Assembly (NCBI GenBank): GCA_963792415.1
Contig: CAWBVY010000005.1
Coordinates: 1-64,000 of the forward strand
Source: Candidatus Deferrimicrobiaceae bacterium
GTDB taxonomy: Bacteria; Desulfobacterota; Deferrimicrobia; Deferrimicrobiales; Deferrimicrobiaceae
Direction of reading: 5' to 3'
Length of the DNA stretch: 64,000 nucleotides
The position numbers were made by a program, and so were the translations under genes. The stretch's first letter is position 1. Each line of letters begins with the position of its first letter. The notes under the pieces were generated by a model. The model was given only the letters and a program-made list of their open reading frames with translations, searched no databases and was not told where the DNA came from. Of this stretch, positions 40,970 through 50,311 are shown piece by piece.

Positions 40970-41157
40970 GCGCTGTAAAGGGACGGTCCCGCGGAGTCGC
41001 CGTAGGAGGGGGGGCGAAGTGAGGTAAAGCGCCCCACTTCCGGACGAAATACGCTCCCTGGGGTACCCCCGCTGTAGGAAGAACGGGGGGCACAGCCGTG
41101 CAGGTTCATCGCACGGCGAGCCACGAACGGAGCCCCGCCCTCCGAGGCGACGCAGCC
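40970..41157 (+). repeat. Intergenic structured repeat, full copy A
   Basis: 41040-41157 equals the reverse complement of 45427-45543 with 4 differences; sub-terminal imperfect inverted repeats 40996-41015 / 41132-41151. Confidence 0.9.
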
Positions 41158-41162
41158 CAGCC

Positions 41163-41766
41163 TCATTCCCACCGGAGCAGGATCCGGTACCCCCAATATT
41201 TCCACCCCTCGAGGAAGTGCCGCCTCGCCCACCGCCAGGAAGCGCCCGCGCCCCCCTCGGGGCCCACCCGGATCGCGGAGAGCGACACGTCCCTGCGGGA
41301 GGACCTTTCGAAAGACGAGAACCGCGCGGGGGATGTGGTAGTCGGAGGTCACGAGGATGACCGAGGAGTATTTCCCCTCCCCCACCGCGAATTTCGCGGA
41401 GAAGGCGTTTTCGAGCGTGTTCTCGGACCACCCCTCCACGTGAACCCGCGAAAGCGCCTCGGCGCTAATCCGTGAAACTTCCGGCATGATTTGCGTGACA
41501 GGGACCTTTCGTCCCGCGCCGAGGATGTACAGCTCCCTCGCCGCGCCGCCGGACCAGGCGCGGAATCCCTCCTGGATCCTCCCCACACCGCCCGTGAGCA
41601 CGAAGATCGCATCCGCCGGACGCGTTGGGGGGGGGGGATCCCGTAACGATAAAAGGTGGGGAACCACCGGGGGCAGGAAGAGGAGGACGAGGAGGAAAAG
41701 GATCGGCCGGAGAAATCTTCCCCTGATTCGACGGCGACCGGAATAAAGGGGGGATTGTGTATTCAT
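41163..41766 (-). CDS. YdcF/DUF218-family protein, one frameshift near 41295
   Basis: ADAIFVLTGG..RI, SENTLENA, LVTSDYHIPRA; C-terminus LEGWKYWGYRILLRWE* in a shifted frame. Confidence 0.8.
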
Positions 41767-41810
41767 GGCGTCCGTGGTAAAAGGTATGGTTTGAATTTAC
41801 GGAGGAAACC

Positions 41811-41999
41811 ATGGCCAAGTGCAAAATCTGCGGTAAGGCTCCGAGTTTCGGGCACAACGTCTCCCACGCCAACAACCGTACCGCGAGGGTATGGCAGCCG
41901 AACATCCAGCGCGTGAAGACGGTACAGAACGGCACGGTTCGTCACATCCACGCCTGCACCGCGTGCATCAAGTCGGGGAAGGTCGTCAAGGCGGCCTGA
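41811..41999 (+). CDS. rpmB: 50S ribosomal protein L28 (zinc-ribbon form)
   Basis: [31 protein letters not shown]; GGAGG RBS. Confidence 0.97.
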   Translation: MAKCKICGKAPSFGHNVSHANNRTARVWQPNIQRVKTVQNGTVRHIHACTACIKSGKVVKAA

Positions 42000-42015
42000 C
42001 CCTTCGGTCGCCCGG

Positions 42016-42399
42016 TCATTCGAGCGTTGCGACCGCATCGATCTCGACGCGCGCGCCCGCGGGAAGCTTGACGACCTGAACCGTCGCCCGTGCCGGCGGG
42101 TCCTCCGGAAAAAACCTCCCGTAGACCGCGTTCATCGCCGAAAAATCCCCCAGATCGACAAGGTAGACGGTGGTCTTCACGACCGACCGAAGCGTAGCGC
42201 CTCCCGCGGTCAGCACCGCCTCCAGGTTCTTGAGGACCCGCTCCGTCTGGGCCTCGATTCCTCCGTCCACCAGCTTCCCCGTCGACGGATCGAGCGGGAT
42301 CTGTCCGGAGCAGAAGAGGAACCCGCCCGCACGCACCCCCTGGGAATAGGGACCGATTGCCGCCGGGGCCCCCGCCGTCCGAACCGCTTCGCGCTTCAT
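42016..42399 (-). CDS. ridA: RidA-family enamine deaminase
   Basis: APAAIGPYSQ, SGQIP, VVKTTVYL, PPARATV, VEID. Confidence 0.95.
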   Translation of the reverse strand: MKREAVRTAGAPAAIGPYSQGVRAGGFLFCSGQIPLDPSTGKLVDGGIEAQTERVLKNLEAVLTAGGATLRSVVKTTVYLVDLGDFSAMNAVYGRFFPEDPPARATVQVVKLPAGARVEIDAVATLE

Positions 42400-42400
42400 C

Positions 42401-44545
42401 TCACCCCTTCCCCCTCTCGACCGATTGTACGCCCCGGACCTTCCCGAGCGACTTCATGAGGGAGGCCAGGTGGTTGGCGTCGTTCACCGACACCTCGAAA
42501 TCGCAGATGGCGCGCTGGTCGCGGGTCGTCATCACCGACGCCCTCCGGATGTCCACCTCGCTCGACGTGATGCTCCGGGAGATGTCGGCCAGAAGCCCCG
42601 GCTTGTCCGAGCACACGACGCGAAGCTTGACGGGATGGACCGCCTTCGTTCCCGCCTCCCAGGTCACCTCGACCGCCCGCGCCGGATCGCTCTCGAGGAC
42701 CTTCGGACAATCCTTCGAATGGATCGTGACCCCCCGCCCCCGCGTGATGAACCCGACGATCGGGTCGCCCGGCAGCGGGTGGCAGCAGTTCCCCAGGCGC
42801 ACGAAAATGCTGTCCATCCCCTTCACGATGACGGAACTCGGCCTGCGCGTCACCACCTTCCGGATGAGGGTGGACAGACGCGACTCGTGGCTCTTCTCCT
42901 GAAGCTGGTCCGGGGGGAGGAGGCGGCGCAGCAGCGGCATGAGGGATGCTTTCCCGTAACCGACCATCCTCATGTAGTCGTCCGCGGTCCTGCAGCGGGT
43001 CTCCTGCAGCGCCTCGGCGAACTCCGGCCCCTTGATCACCTTGTTGAGGTTCAGGGAATGCTTTCGAAACTCTTTCTCGAGGATCTGTCGACCCAGGGCG
43101 AGCGACTGTTCCTGCTGCTCCTCCCGCACCACGACCCGGATCTTGCTCAGCGCGCGGCTGGTCTTCGCGATTTTCAGCCAGTCCCGGCTCGGCTTGTGGG
43201 ACGGCTGGGTGACGATCTCGACGACGTCGCCGTTTTTCAGCGCCATCTTCAGGGGGACCATCCGTCCGTTCACCTTCGCGCCGACGCACTGGTTTCCGAC
43301 CTCGGTGTGGATCGCGTAGGCGAAATCGATCGCCGTTGCCCCCCGCGGGAGCTCCTTCACGTCCCCCCGCGGCGTGAAGACGTAGACCTCCTCCGGGAAC
43401 AGCTCGACCTTGACGGTGTTCAGGAACTCCCGGGGGTCCTTCATGTCCTGCTGCAGCTCGAGGATCTGCCGCAGCCAGAGGAACATCTGGTCCCCCTTCT
43501 CCGCCGTCCGGCGCCCCTCCTTGTATTTCCAGTGGGCCGCCACCCCGTTCTCGGCAAGCGCGTGCATCTCTTCCGTCCGGATCTGGATCTCCATCATCTC
43601 CGCGTTCGGTCCGAAGACCGTCGTGTGGAGCGACTGGTAGAGGTTCGCCTTCGGCATGGCGATGTAGTCCTTGAAGCGTCCGGGCACCGGCTTCCAGAGA
43701 TTGTGCACGATCCCCAGGGCTTCGTAGCACTCGCGCACCGTCTTCGTGGTGATGCGGAAGCCGATGAAATCGTAGACGTGGTCGAAGTCGATCTCCTGCC
43801 GGTTCATCTTCTGGTAGATCCCCGCCAGATGCTTCGAGCGCCCGGTGATCCCCGCCTCTATGCCGATCTCCCGGCACTTCGACTCGAGGAGGGAGATGAC
43901 GCTTCGGACGTGGGCTTCGCGGTTCCGCTTCCGCTCGTCCGCCAGGCGCGCGAGGACCCTGTACTGCTCCGGGTGGAGCACCTCGAAAGAGAGGTCCTCG
44001 AGCTCGGTGCGGATGCGGGACATCCCGAGCCGAGCCGCGATGGGCGCGTAGATCTCGATGGTCTCGCGGGCGATCACCGCCTGCCGGTCGGAGGGGAGAT
44101 GGTTCAACGTGCGCATGTTGTGAAGACGGTCGGCGAGCTTGACGAGGATGACCCTGAGGTCCTTACCCATCGCGAGGATCATCTTGCGGAGGGATTCCGC
44201 CTTCTGGGCGGCGGCGTCGGACAGGGTCACGCGGCCGATCTTCGTGACCCCGTCGACGAGGTGGGCGACCGAGTCACCGAAGAGTTCCCGCACCTCCTCG
44301 AGCGTCGTCATCGTGTCCTCGACGGTGTCGTGGAGGAGCCCGGTGGTCACCGTCTCCTCGTCGAGGTTCCAGTCGGCGAGCAGGAAGGCGACGTTCAGCG
44401 GGTGGATGAGGTACGGTTCCCCGGACTTCCTCATCTGCCCGTGGTGCACCTTGGCGGTGAAGACGTACGCCTTCTGGATGAGGTCGATATTCGCGGACGG
44501 GTGGGTCGCCTGCACCCGGTCCACGATGTCCATCAGACGGAGCAA
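42401..44545 (-). CDS. relA: Bifunctional (p)ppGpp synthetase/hydrolase
   Basis: HHGQMRKSGEPYLIHP, LLHDTVED, KLADRLHNMRT, RFKDYI, YQSLHT, TGS and ACT domains. Confidence 0.96.
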   Translation of the reverse strand: MLRLMDIVDRVQATHPSANIDLIQKAYVFTAKVHHGQMRKSGEPYLIHPLNVAFLLADWNLDEETVTTGLLHDTVEDTMTTLEEVRELFGDSVAHLVDGVTKIGRVTLSDAAAQKAESLRKMILAMGKDLRVILVKLADRLHNMRTLNHLPSDRQAVIARETIEIYAPIAARLGMSRIRTELEDLSFEVLHPEQYRVLARLADERKRNREAHVRSVISLLESKCREIGIEAGITGRSKHLAGIYQKMNRQEIDFDHVYDFIGFRITTKTVRECYEALGIVHNLWKPVPGRFKDYIAMPKANLYQSLHTTVFGPNAEMMEIQIRTEEMHALAENGVAAHWKYKEGRRTAEKGDQMFLWLRQILELQQDMKDPREFLNTVKVELFPEEVYVFTPRGDVKELPRGATAIDFAYAIHTEVGNQCVGAKVNGRMVPLKMALKNGDVVEIVTQPSHKPSRDWLKIAKTSRALSKIRVVVREEQQEQSLALGRQILEKEFRKHSLNLNKVIKGPEFAEALQETRCRTADDYMRMVGYGKASLMPLLRRLLPPDQLQEKSHESRLSTLIRKVVTRRPSSVIVKGMDSIFVRLGNCCHPLPGDPIVGFITRGRGVTIHSKDCPKVLESDPARAVEVTWEAGTKAVHPVKLRVVCSDKPGLLADISRSITSSEVDIRRASVMTTRDQRAICDFEVSVNDANHLASLMKSLGKVRGVQSVERGKG

Positions 44546-44566
44546 GAGGAGATCCCCGCCCCGGCG

Positions 44567-44758
44567 CTATTTTACGCGGACCTTCCCCTGGGCGATCTCC
44601 CGAAGCGCGATCACCGTCGGCTTTTCCTTCCGGGCGGTCGTGTCGATCGTCGCCCCGGCGCCCGAGTAGAGCTGTTTCGCTCGCTTCGCCGCGACTACCG
44701 TGAGTTCGAAATGGTTGTCCACCTGACGCAGGCAATCCTCAACCGTTACTCGAGCCAT
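44567..44758 (-). CDS. rpoZ: RNA polymerase omega subunit
   Basis: [34 protein letters not shown]. Confidence 0.96.
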   Translation of the reverse strand: MARVTVEDCLRQVDNHFELTVVAAKRAKQLYSGAGATIDTTARKEKPTVIALREIAQGKVRVK

Positions 44759-45383
44759 CCCGTTCCTCTCCCTCTTTTCCAAGGATCCGACCGATGACGC
44801 CGATCGTGCGTTCCCGGCGAAGCCGCCGCGCGCGCACGATCCACTCCACCTGCCGGACCGCAGTTTCCAGGTCGTCGTTGACGACCAGGTAGTCGTAGTT
44901 CCCCAGTTCCCTGATCTCGAGCCGGGCCGCCGCGAGGCGGCGTTCGATCTCCTGCCGGCTGTCCCGTTCCCGCGCGATGAGACGCGCCCGGAGCGTGTCC
45001 CAGTCGGGCGGCAGGATGCCGATCCGCACGGCCCCGGGAACCGCCGCCTTGACGGAGGCGCCTCCCTGGACGTCGATTTCGAGCACGGCGTCCAGCCCTT
45101 TCGACACGATCTCCTCGACCGCGAGACGCGAGGTTCCGTACCTGTTCCCGTAGACCGAGGCGGTCTCCAAAAACTCGTTCGAATTTAACATATTACCAAA
45201 TTTATCCTCATCAACGAAATAATAATCGACCCCGTCCCTCTCCCCCGGCTTCCTCTCCCGTGTCGTGCAGGAGACGGAGTGGGAAAGACCCTCCACGCGG
45301 GAAAGGAGCGCCCGGCAGATCGTGGTCTTCCCGGAGCCCGAGGGGGCCGATATCACGAAGATGTCGCCGCGCGTCACATTCAT
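44739..45383 (-). CDS. gmk: Guanylate kinase
   Basis: [42 protein letters not shown]. Confidence 0.96.
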   Translation of the reverse strand: MNVTRGDIFVISAPSGSGKTTICRALLSRVEGLSHSVSCTTRERKPGERDGVDYYFVDEDKFGNMLNSNEFLETASVYGNRYGTSRLAVEEIVSKGLDAVLEIDVQGGASVKAAVPGAVRIGILPPDWDTLRARLIARERDSRQEIERRLAAARLEIRELGNYDYLVVNDDLETAVRQVEWIVRARRLRRERTIGVIGRILGKEGEERDGSSNG

Positions 45384-45426
45384 CTCCAGTTCAACGGTAA
45401 TATGCGGACCCCGGGAGTCACCTTCC

Positions 45427-45600
45427 GGCTGCGTCGCCTCGGAGGGCGGGGCTCCGTTCGTGGCTCGCCGTGCGATGAACCTGCACGACTGTGCCCCCCG
45501 TTCTTCCTACGGCGGGGGTACCCCAGGGAGCGTATCCGTCCGGAGTGCGACGCGCCCCCCTCCTCCGGCGACTTCGCAATGCGTCCTGTTTTCATAGCGC
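45427..45600 (-). repeat. Intergenic structured repeat, full copy B
   Basis: Inverted copy of 40970-41157, in the yicC-gmk gap. Confidence 0.9.
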
Positions 45601-45603
45601 TCG

Positions 45604-46488
45604 TCACTCGATGTTCTGGATCTGCTCGCGGACCTTTTCCAGCTCGGTCTTGGCGGTCACGACGAGTGCCGACACGCCCGCGTGGGCGGATTTGTTCCCG
45701 GCGGTGTTCAGCTCGCGGAAGATCTCCTGTACAAGGAAATCGATCCGCTTTCCGACGGCGGCCCCGGGAGACCGGAACAGCGCGTCGACGGCCGTCAGGT
45801 GGGACGCGAGCCGGTCGCACTCCTCGGTGATGTCGAGCCGGTCGAGAAGGATCGCCGCCTCCTGGTGGAGGCGGACCGGATCGACCCCCGCCTCGGACGA
45901 CAGCGCGGCGATCCGCTCCCGGAAGCGGGCGGCGGCCTGTTCCTTGTTTTCCGTCGTAAGCGACCGGATCTCCCCCGCGAGGCCCTCGAGGCGGGAGACC
46001 GACTCCTGGAGCACCTGCTTCATTCGGTCCCCCTCCTCCGCCCGTGCGCGGCCGAGCATCCCGAGGGCGTCCCGGACCGCCCCCTCGGCCACCGGCCAAA
46101 GGAGCTCCGCGGGATCCCCCCCGACGGGGGCCACCTGGAACAGGTCCGGCACCGACAGCAGGTCCCGCAGCGTCACCTCGCCGCCGATTCCGTGTTCCTC
46201 CCGGATCCGCCTCGTCTCGCCGAGGAACGACCGGAGCAGTTCGTCATTGACGCGCAGCCCGGCGCCGAGCTTCCCCCACTCCCGCACGTTCACGTGCAGG
46301 TCGACCTTGCCGCGCCGCACCGAATCGCGGACGATCCCCCGGATCCGCGGCTCCCACGACAGGAACCGGCCCGGGCACCGCGTGTGAAGGTCGAGGAAAC
46401 GGTGGTTCACCGTCCGCGCCTCCACCGTGACGGAGATCTCCTCCCCGTGGCGCTCTCCCCGGCCGAACCCCGTCATGCTCATCCACAC
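45604..46488 (-). CDS. yicC: YicC/YloC-family endoribonuclease
   Basis: SMTGFG, VNHRFLD, RGKVD, DITEECDRL, GKRIDFLVQEIFRELNT, REQIQNIE. Confidence 0.95.
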   Translation of the reverse strand: MWMSMTGFGRGERHGEEISVTVEARTVNHRFLDLHTRCPGRFLSWEPRIRGIVRDSVRRGKVDLHVNVREWGKLGAGLRVNDELLRSFLGETRRIREEHGIGGEVTLRDLLSVPDLFQVAPVGGDPAELLWPVAEGAVRDALGMLGRARAEEGDRMKQVLQESVSRLEGLAGEIRSLTTENKEQAAARFRERIAALSSEAGVDPVRLHQEAAILLDRLDITEECDRLASHLTAVDALFRSPGAAVGKRIDFLVQEIFRELNTAGNKSAHAGVSALVVTAKTELEKVREQIQNIE

Positions 46489-47519
46489 GGGCGTTTCCCT
46501 CCCGTGGCTGTACCCTCGATGTCGCGCAGTTCGACCGCGCGCAGGAGCTTCCCGGCGGTGATCGGCGCGGTGCCGACCTCCCCGACGACGACGCTGGCGG
46601 CGACGTTGGCGAGGACCGCCGCTTCGCGCATCGTGGCCCCGGCGGCGAGGCAGGCGGCCAGGGTGCCGATCACCGTGTCCCCCGCGCCGGTCACGTCGAA
46701 CACCTGCCGCGCGAACGCGGGAACGTGGAAGCAGGCGCGACGGCCACGCTCGACCAGCGTCATCCCCTCCTCGCCGCGCGTGATGAGGACCGCCTTCGAG
46801 CGGCCGGCCCGGAGGAGATCCTTCCCCGCCTCCCAGACGTCGAGGTCGGTCGCGAGTTCCCGCCCCCCGAGGGCGGCCTGCGCCTCCCCCTTGTTCGGGG
46901 TGATGACGGTGCAGCCCCGGTAGAAGGAGAAATCGGACCGCTTCGGATCCACGGCGACGAAGATCCCCTTCCGGTTCGCCATCGCGGTGACTTCCCGAAC
47001 CAGCTCTTCGGTCAGCGCCCCCTTCCGGTAATCGGAGAAGACGACGCCGTCGACCCCGGCGAGGGCGGCCAGCGTCTTCCGCAGCAGCGTGTCGGACGCT
47101 TTACGGGACGGAGGGACCTTCTGCTCGCGGTCGACCCGAACGACCTGCTGGCTGTGGGCGATCACCCGCGTCTTGACGGTGGTGGGACGCTCGGCATCCA
47201 CGACCACCGCTTCGGTCCCGACCCGCTTCCCCCTGAGCATCCTGGCGACGAACCGGCCCCCGGCGTCGTCTCCGAGCAGACCGGCCATCTCGACCCCGGC
47301 TCCCAGCCCGCGAAGGTTGAACGCCACGTTCGCCGCGCCGCCGGGAACCTTCGTTTCCCGGGTGACGGCGACCACCGGTACGGGAGCCTCCGGGGAGATC
47401 CGCCCAACGGTTCCGAAGACGTACTCATCGAGCATGATGTCCCCGACGACGAGGACCCGGCGGGACGGGAACCGCCCCACCACCTCCGCCGCGCGGGACA
47501 GGATCCCCGCGTCACGCAT
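46479..47519 (-). CDS. rfaE1: Heptose-7-phosphate kinase (stand-alone HldE kinase domain)
   Basis: GDIMLDEY, RISPEAPVPV, GGAANVA, SDYRKG, DVTGAGDTV. Confidence 0.93.
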   Translation of the reverse strand: MRDAGILSRAAEVVGRFPSRRVLVVGDIMLDEYVFGTVGRISPEAPVPVVAVTRETKVPGGAANVAFNLRGLGAGVEMAGLLGDDAGGRFVARMLRGKRVGTEAVVVDAERPTTVKTRVIAHSQQVVRVDREQKVPPSRKASDTLLRKTLAALAGVDGVVFSDYRKGALTEELVREVTAMANRKGIFVAVDPKRSDFSFYRGCTVITPNKGEAQAALGGRELATDLDVWEAGKDLLRAGRSKAVLITRGEEGMTLVERGRRACFHVPAFARQVFDVTGAGDTVIGTLAACLAAGATMREAAVLANVAASVVVGEVGTAPITAGKLLRAVELRDIEGTATGGKRPCG

Positions 47520-47682
47520 ACGACGTCGCTTCGTCGATCAGGAGGATGGGGATGCCGTCGTCGACGCGGTAGGAGAGCCGGCAGGCGTCGCACCGAAGCG
47601 CGCTCCCGTCGACGGTGAGTTGAAGTTCCCCCTTGCACTTCGGGCACGCCAGGATCTCGAGCAGCTCCTTGTCCATCGCCAT
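47512..47682 (-). CDS. Trm112/YcaR-family small protein, 56 aa (not in the ORF track)
   Basis: Hand translation: MAMDKELLEILACPKCKGELQLTVDGSALRCDACRLSYRVDDGIPILLIDEATSYA. Confidence 0.92.
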   Translation of the reverse strand: MAMDKELLEILACPKCKGELQLTVDGSALRCDACRLSYRVDDGIPILLIDEATSYA

Positions 47683-47685
47683 CGC

Positions 47686-48834
47686 CTACCTCCCCAACTT
47701 CCCGGCCGGCGGCATTAACTCTCCGACCAGCGTCCAGTCCTTGATTTTATGAAACTTCGCGTACAGGCGCACCGGGACCCGCCGTTCGTCGTTCGAGAAC
47801 CAGACCTTCAGATCCCCCTTGTCGTCGGGCTTCCCGTCCCTGCGGATGATCGGAAGGACCACGATCGTGTCCACATCCCCGTGTTCCGTGCGGATCCGCT
47901 CGTGCCCGAGGATGCGCGAGGAGATCTGATACAGCTTCCGGCCCCCGTAGAGGTTCCGCGGACGGTCCTCGACGCCAAGGTCCTTCCACCGGAAGTAGTA
48001 GGCGACGCTCACCGGGTCGTACACGGAAGGGACGGTGGTCACCTCCTTCCGGATCTCGCCGGACTGACGGTACCGGACCGTGATCTTGCCGGTCTCCTGG
48101 TCGTAGACGGCCACGTCGTCCTTTTCCCTCTCGGCCTTCGTGGACACTTGCCGGATCGGGGCGATCGTCTCCACGTCGAGATAGTAGTCGATCGTCTCGT
48201 TGATCGGGTAGATGTACGAGAGGACGCCGGACGTCCAGGCCCGCACGTTCAGGTGGTACAAGGGCCTCCCGTCGAAGGAGACCTTTCCCTGGTATCGGAA
48301 TCGGGCGTACCCCATCGTGATGCCGATGAAATCGACCCGGTAGACCAGTTCCTCGGGACTCTTCGCCCACCCCGGAAGGGAAGCGCCGCGGGTGACCTTC
48401 GGCGATTCCGTCGGAACCGGGTGCGGCGCGACGGCCGGCTTCGGCGTTCGGGCGGAAGGGGACGATTCGGAAGGCGCGCCGTCGTGCGGAGAGGAGACGC
48501 CGGATTCGACCTTCGCCTCCGGCAGCGGGCCGGGCGGGAGGGCGACCGCCTCCGTCCCGGCGGCCGCCGTGTTGTCGGCCGCCGGGACGTCAGGCGGCAT
48601 GGCGTCCGCAGGAGAGACAGCGGGCTCCTTCCCAGCCCCATCCATCGCCGCGGGGGGATGGACCGCCGCCGGTTCGGCGGGGGGGACGGCGGTGTCGCCC
48701 GCACGCTCTTCCGATACGGTCCCCGGAGGCGACGGGGGAGCCACTCCGCGTTCATACCGGTGGCAGCCGGCCTCGACAAGCAGAAGAACGAGGAGAAGGG
48801 CTCCCGCTATCCCCCTGCCGAGCCGCCCGTTCAC
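47686..48834 (-). CDS. DUF3108-domain putative lipoprotein with a long Pro/Ala linker
   Basis: GTG overlaps the gmhB stop; hydrophobic stretch ending EAGC; EELVYRVDFIGITMG, YDPVSVAYY, VWFSNDERRVPVR. Confidence 0.8.
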   Translation of the reverse strand: MNGRLGRGIAGALLLVLLLVEAGCHRYERGVAPPSPPGTVSEERAGDTAVPPAEPAAVHPPAAMDGAGKEPAVSPADAMPPDVPAADNTAAAGTEAVALPPGPLPEAKVESGVSSPHDGAPSESSPSARTPKPAVAPHPVPTESPKVTRGASLPGWAKSPEELVYRVDFIGITMGYARFRYQGKVSFDGRPLYHLNVRAWTSGVLSYIYPINETIDYYLDVETIAPIRQVSTKAEREKDDVAVYDQETGKITVRYRQSGEIRKEVTTVPSVYDPVSVAYYFRWKDLGVEDRPRNLYGGRKLYQISSRILGHERIRTEHGDVDTIVVLPIIRRDGKPDDKGDLKVWFSNDERRVPVRLYAKFHKIKDWTLVGELMPPAGKLGR

Positions 48835-49409
48835 GATCCTGTGCCGTGCGCCACGATCCATCCGGCGGCCTCCCGCATCCCCGGGAGAAAAACGTGCGGG
48901 GCGATCCCCGCACGTTCCCCGGAGGCTTTCTCCGCGTTTCCGTATCCCGTTCCGACCAGGACGGTAGAGGCCCCGAGGCGTATCCCCATCGAAACATCGG
49001 TCATTTTATCACCGACCACGAAGCGGGTGCACGAATGAGGCACCCGGAGGCGCAGAAGGATCTCCTCGGCGAGCCCCGTCCCCGGCTTCCTGCACCCGCA
49101 CGCTCGCCGATACGCCTCCACCGCCCCCTCCGGGTGGTGCGGGCAATACTCGACCGCGTCGAACACGACCCCCTCCGCCCCGAAGGCGGAAACGAACCGC
49201 CGGTGGACGGCTTCCATCTCCACCTCGGTGAATTTCCCCTTCGCCAGACCGGCCTGGTTGGAAACCACCGCGAGGAGGAACCCCTCCCGGGAAAGGAGGC
49301 GCAACGCTTCCGCGGCGCCGGGAAGGATGCGGACGGCCGACGGATCGCGCAGGTATCCGACCTCCTCGATAAGGGTTCCGTCCCGGTCGAGAAAGACGAT
49401 CCCCCTCAT
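48831..49409 (-). CDS. gmhB: Heptose-1,7-bisphosphate phosphatase
   Basis: FLDRDGTL, VSNQAG, CPHHP, CGCRKP, VGDKMTD. Confidence 0.93.
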   Translation of the reverse strand: MRGIVFLDRDGTLIEEVGYLRDPSAVRILPGAAEALRLLSREGFLLAVVSNQAGLAKGKFTEVEMEAVHRRFVSAFGAEGVVFDAVEYCPHHPEGAVEAYRRACGCRKPGTGLAEEILLRLRVPHSCTRFVVGDKMTDVSMGIRLGASTVLVGTGYGNAEKASGERAGIAPHVFLPGMREAAGWIVAHGTGS

Positions 49410-50311
49410 TGCAATCCCTCGTAGATCTTCGGCTCCCCGACGGGGCGCGTCTTCCAGCGGCGGTGGAACCACATCCACTGGTCGGGGGCCTCGCGGATCA
49501 CCTTCTCCAGTTCCTCGTTGCAGCGCCGGGTGACCCGTGCAACCTCCTCCTCGCGCGGCGCCCCGGGATCTATCGGAAGGGGGGGGCCGAAGCGGAGGAC
49601 ATGGTGAAACTTCCTCGCGGGATCCCGGAAGATGAACGCCGGGTGGATCGCGGCGTTCATCGCCAGCGCCAGGCGGGCGATCCCGAAGGTCGTGTACGCC
49701 TTCCGGGTGAAGAAGTCCACGAGGATCCCATTGGGCCGGTCGACGTTCTGGTCGATGAGGATCCCGACGAGGATCCTCTTTCTCAGGATCTTCATCACCT
49801 CCTTCGCCGAGTCCGCCTTCCGGATGACCGTGTTTCCGACGCACTCTCTGCGCTCCGTGACGATCCGGTCGAAGATATCGCTCTTCAACGGGCGCACGAT
49901 GAAGGCCGCGGGGGCGATCATGGAGCCGTAGACGTGGGACAGCAGTTCCCAGTTCCCGAAGTGACCGGTCATCGCCATCGCCGGCTGGTTCCTTCCCTCC
50001 AGGGATTCCCGGACGTGCGAAGCGCCCTCGATCCGGAAGTGCTCGCGGATGTACGCCACGTCCATCTTCGGGAGGTGGACAAACTCCGCAGCGGAGGTTC
50101 CCATATGCCGGTAGCACTCCCGGATGATCCGATCCGCCTCCGCCTCTCCCATTTCCGGGAAGGCGATCCGCAGGTTGATCCGCGCGATGCGACGGTGTTT
50201 CCGATCGATGGCGCAGACGAGGAGCATCACCGCCTCGCAGAACCAGGAAAGCGCAGGGAGCGGAACCGCTTCGAGGAACCGCAGGAAGACGCGCGCGATT
50301 CTTTCCTTCAC
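49406..50311 (-). CDS. lpxL: Lipid A late acyltransferase (LpxL/HtrB family)
   Basis: NLRIAFPE, HFGNWE, ILIDQ, PDQWMWFHRRWK. Confidence 0.9.
   Translation of the reverse strand: MKERIARVFLRFLEAVPLPALSWFCEAVMLLVCAIDRKHRRIARINLRIAFPEMGEAEADRIIRECYRHMGTSAAEFVHLPKMDVAYIREHFRIEGASHVRESLEGRNQPAMAMTGHFGNWELLSHVYGSMIAPAAFIVRPLKSDIFDRIVTERRECVGNTVIRKADSAKEVMKILRKRILVGILIDQNVDRPNGILVDFFTRKAYTTFGIARLALAMNAAIHPAFIFRDPARKFHHVLRFGPPLPIDPGAPREEEVARVTRRCNEELEKVIREAPDQWMWFHRRWKTRPVGEPKIYEGLQ

Noticed and set aside
39943-41766. 607-aa apparent YdcF fusion running through the repeat and antisense to purN
   Set aside because: Produced by one frameshift near 41295; the natural C-terminus ends at the TGA at 41163.
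40970-45600. Repeats read as a CRISPR array or composite transposon ends
   Set aside because: No regular repeat-spacer units, no cas genes and no transposase; the enclosed genes are housekeeping.
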